18,412 nucleotides of DNA from Candidatus Methylomirabilis sp. (GTDB taxonomy: Bacteria > Methylomirabilota > Methylomirabilia > Methylomirabilales > Methylomirabilaceae), in contig JBGQJI010000037.1 of the NCBI GenBank assembly GCA_041498975.1, positions 1 to 18,412 on the forward strand, read 5' to 3'. The translations under genes and the position numbers were made by a program. Positions 17,489 through 18,412 of the stretch are shown piece by piece. A model generated the notes under the pieces. The model was given only the letters and a program-made list of their open reading frames with translations. It ran no database searches and was not told the origin of the DNA. How positions within the stretch are numbered: position 1 is the stretch's first letter; each line of letters starts with the position of its first letter.

Positions 17489-17517
17489 TTGACAGTGGCG
17501 ATCAGGGTCTCTATCCT
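17489..17517 (+). promoter_or_regulatory. Sigma-70 promoter of the Nudix gene
   Basis: TTGACA (17489-17494), 17 bp spacer, TATCCT (17512-17517). Same hexamers as the TA promoter. Confidence 0.65.
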
Positions 17518-17551
17518 CGCCTCGGCAAGGTCACATGTCGCTGGAGGAGAG

Positions 17552-18133
17552 ATGAAACTCATCGAACGCGTCATCGGCAAACGGGTGGTCTACTCCGGAC
17601 ACTACCTCTCTACAGAGCAACAGACGGTCGTCCTCCCCGACGGCCGACAGGCGATTCGGGACATCGTCCGCCCCCCGGACGCCGTCGCGATCGTCCCGAT
17701 CGATGCCGCCGGACGCATCCACCTCGTTCAGCAGTATCGGCCGGCGATCCAGAGGGCCATCTACGAGATCCCAGCCGGAATCATCGATCCCGGCGAGCGG
17801 CCGGCCACAACCGCTCGCCGGGAGTGCGAGGAGGAGATCGGGTTTCGCCCCCGGCGCCTCTTCAAGCTCTGCACCTTCTATTCCGCCGTCGGCTTCTCTA
17901 CGGGCTCGATCCAGCTTTTCTTGGCTCTGGGGCTCGTCGCCGGCCGGAGCGGCCACCACGATGCCACAGAGTTCCTCAAGGTTCACCCGATCCCCTTCGA
18001 GCAAGCCTATCGCTGGGTTCTGGCAAACAGGATCGTGGACGCGAAGAGCATCATCGGAATCCTCTGGGCGCAGCAACGGCTTTCGCTCATGGGGTCAGTG
18101 GGTCGGCGACAGGCCGTTGAACAACGCGGCTAG
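17552..18133 (+). CDS. nudF: Nudix hydrolase, ADP-ribose pyrophosphatase-like (193 aa)
   Basis: ATG at 17552 after GGAGGAG. LVQQYRP, Nudix box EIPAGIIDPGERPATTARRECEEEIG, IVDAKS. Confidence 0.88.
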   Translation: MKLIERVIGKRVVYSGHYLSTEQQTVVLPDGRQAIRDIVRPPDAVAIVPIDAAGRIHLVQQYRPAIQRAIYEIPAGIIDPGERPATTARRECEEEIGFRPRRLFKLCTFYSAVGFSTGSIQLFLALGLVAGRSGHHDATEFLKVHPIPFEQAYRWVLANRIVDAKSIIGILWAQQRLSLMGSVGRRQAVEQRG

Positions 18134-18265
18134 TGCCGTTCCGACGTGTTCGGACAGATGGCAAAACTACGCGACGGCCGATCCAGATGGCTGCGCATCA
18201 TCGTATCGTCAGGCGGATAACGTTGGAACGGCACTGGCCGAACCATGCCGAGTCTGCGCCGGTCC

Positions 18266-18412
18266 CTATCGGCTGAGGAAATCCAGAATCGCCTGATTCG
18301 TCTCGTCGGGGTGTTCCCACATCGGGATGTGACCGCTCCCTTTGATCGCAAGCAGCTCGGAGCCCTTGATCAACCTCTGGAGTTTTCTGCCAACCGCCAG
18401 AGGAAACACCTC
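18266..18412 (-). CDS. Alpha/beta-hydrolase, C-terminal end (partial)
   Basis: Manual translation EVFPLAVGRKLQRLIKGSELLAIKGSGHIPMWEHPDETNQAILDFLSR*, containing the catalytic-His motif GH.P..E.P...N..I..FL. Confidence 0.82.
   Translation of the reverse strand, partial: EVFPLAVGRKLQRLIKGSELLAIKGSGHIPMWEHPDETNQAILDFLSR

Overview
GC-rich bacterial chromosomal window with about 20 genes or gene fragments. From left to right: (i) the 5' part of an atypical receiver-domain gene under a sigma-54-type promoter with two enhancer-like palindromes; (ii) a stand-alone HsdR_N-like PD-(D/E)xK nuclease with a DUF5655-like C-terminus, divergent from an AbrB/MazE-VapC(PIN) toxin-antitoxin pair; (iii) a tungsten aldehyde:ferredoxin oxidoreductase (AOR) locus with a MoaD/SAMP-like ubiquitin-fold protein (-GGG), a DUF1952-like protein (-RAGG) and a protoglobin fused to a ubiquitin-like domain that lacks the C-terminal di-glycine; (iv) an SRPBCC gene with only the 3' remnant of its ArsR partner; (v) an accessory block with a lipoprotein, a frameshifted alpha/beta-hydrolase, a CapA-family lipoprotein and a duplicated hydrolase 5' fragment; (vi) panE, a small hypothetical gene, and a DosS-like heme-GAF histidine kinase with an NtrC-type sigma-54 activator; (vii) a PD40/TolB-like propeller and an M28 PA/PDZ peptidase, a Nudix hydrolase and the 3' end of another alpha/beta-hydrolase. 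Two families of short palindromic intergenic repeats are present. The best candidate for an undescribed system is the globin-Ubl / AOR / MoaD / DUF1952 module, which may couple gas sensing to tungstoenzyme maturation. All family calls come from motif recognition by eye; no database searches were run.
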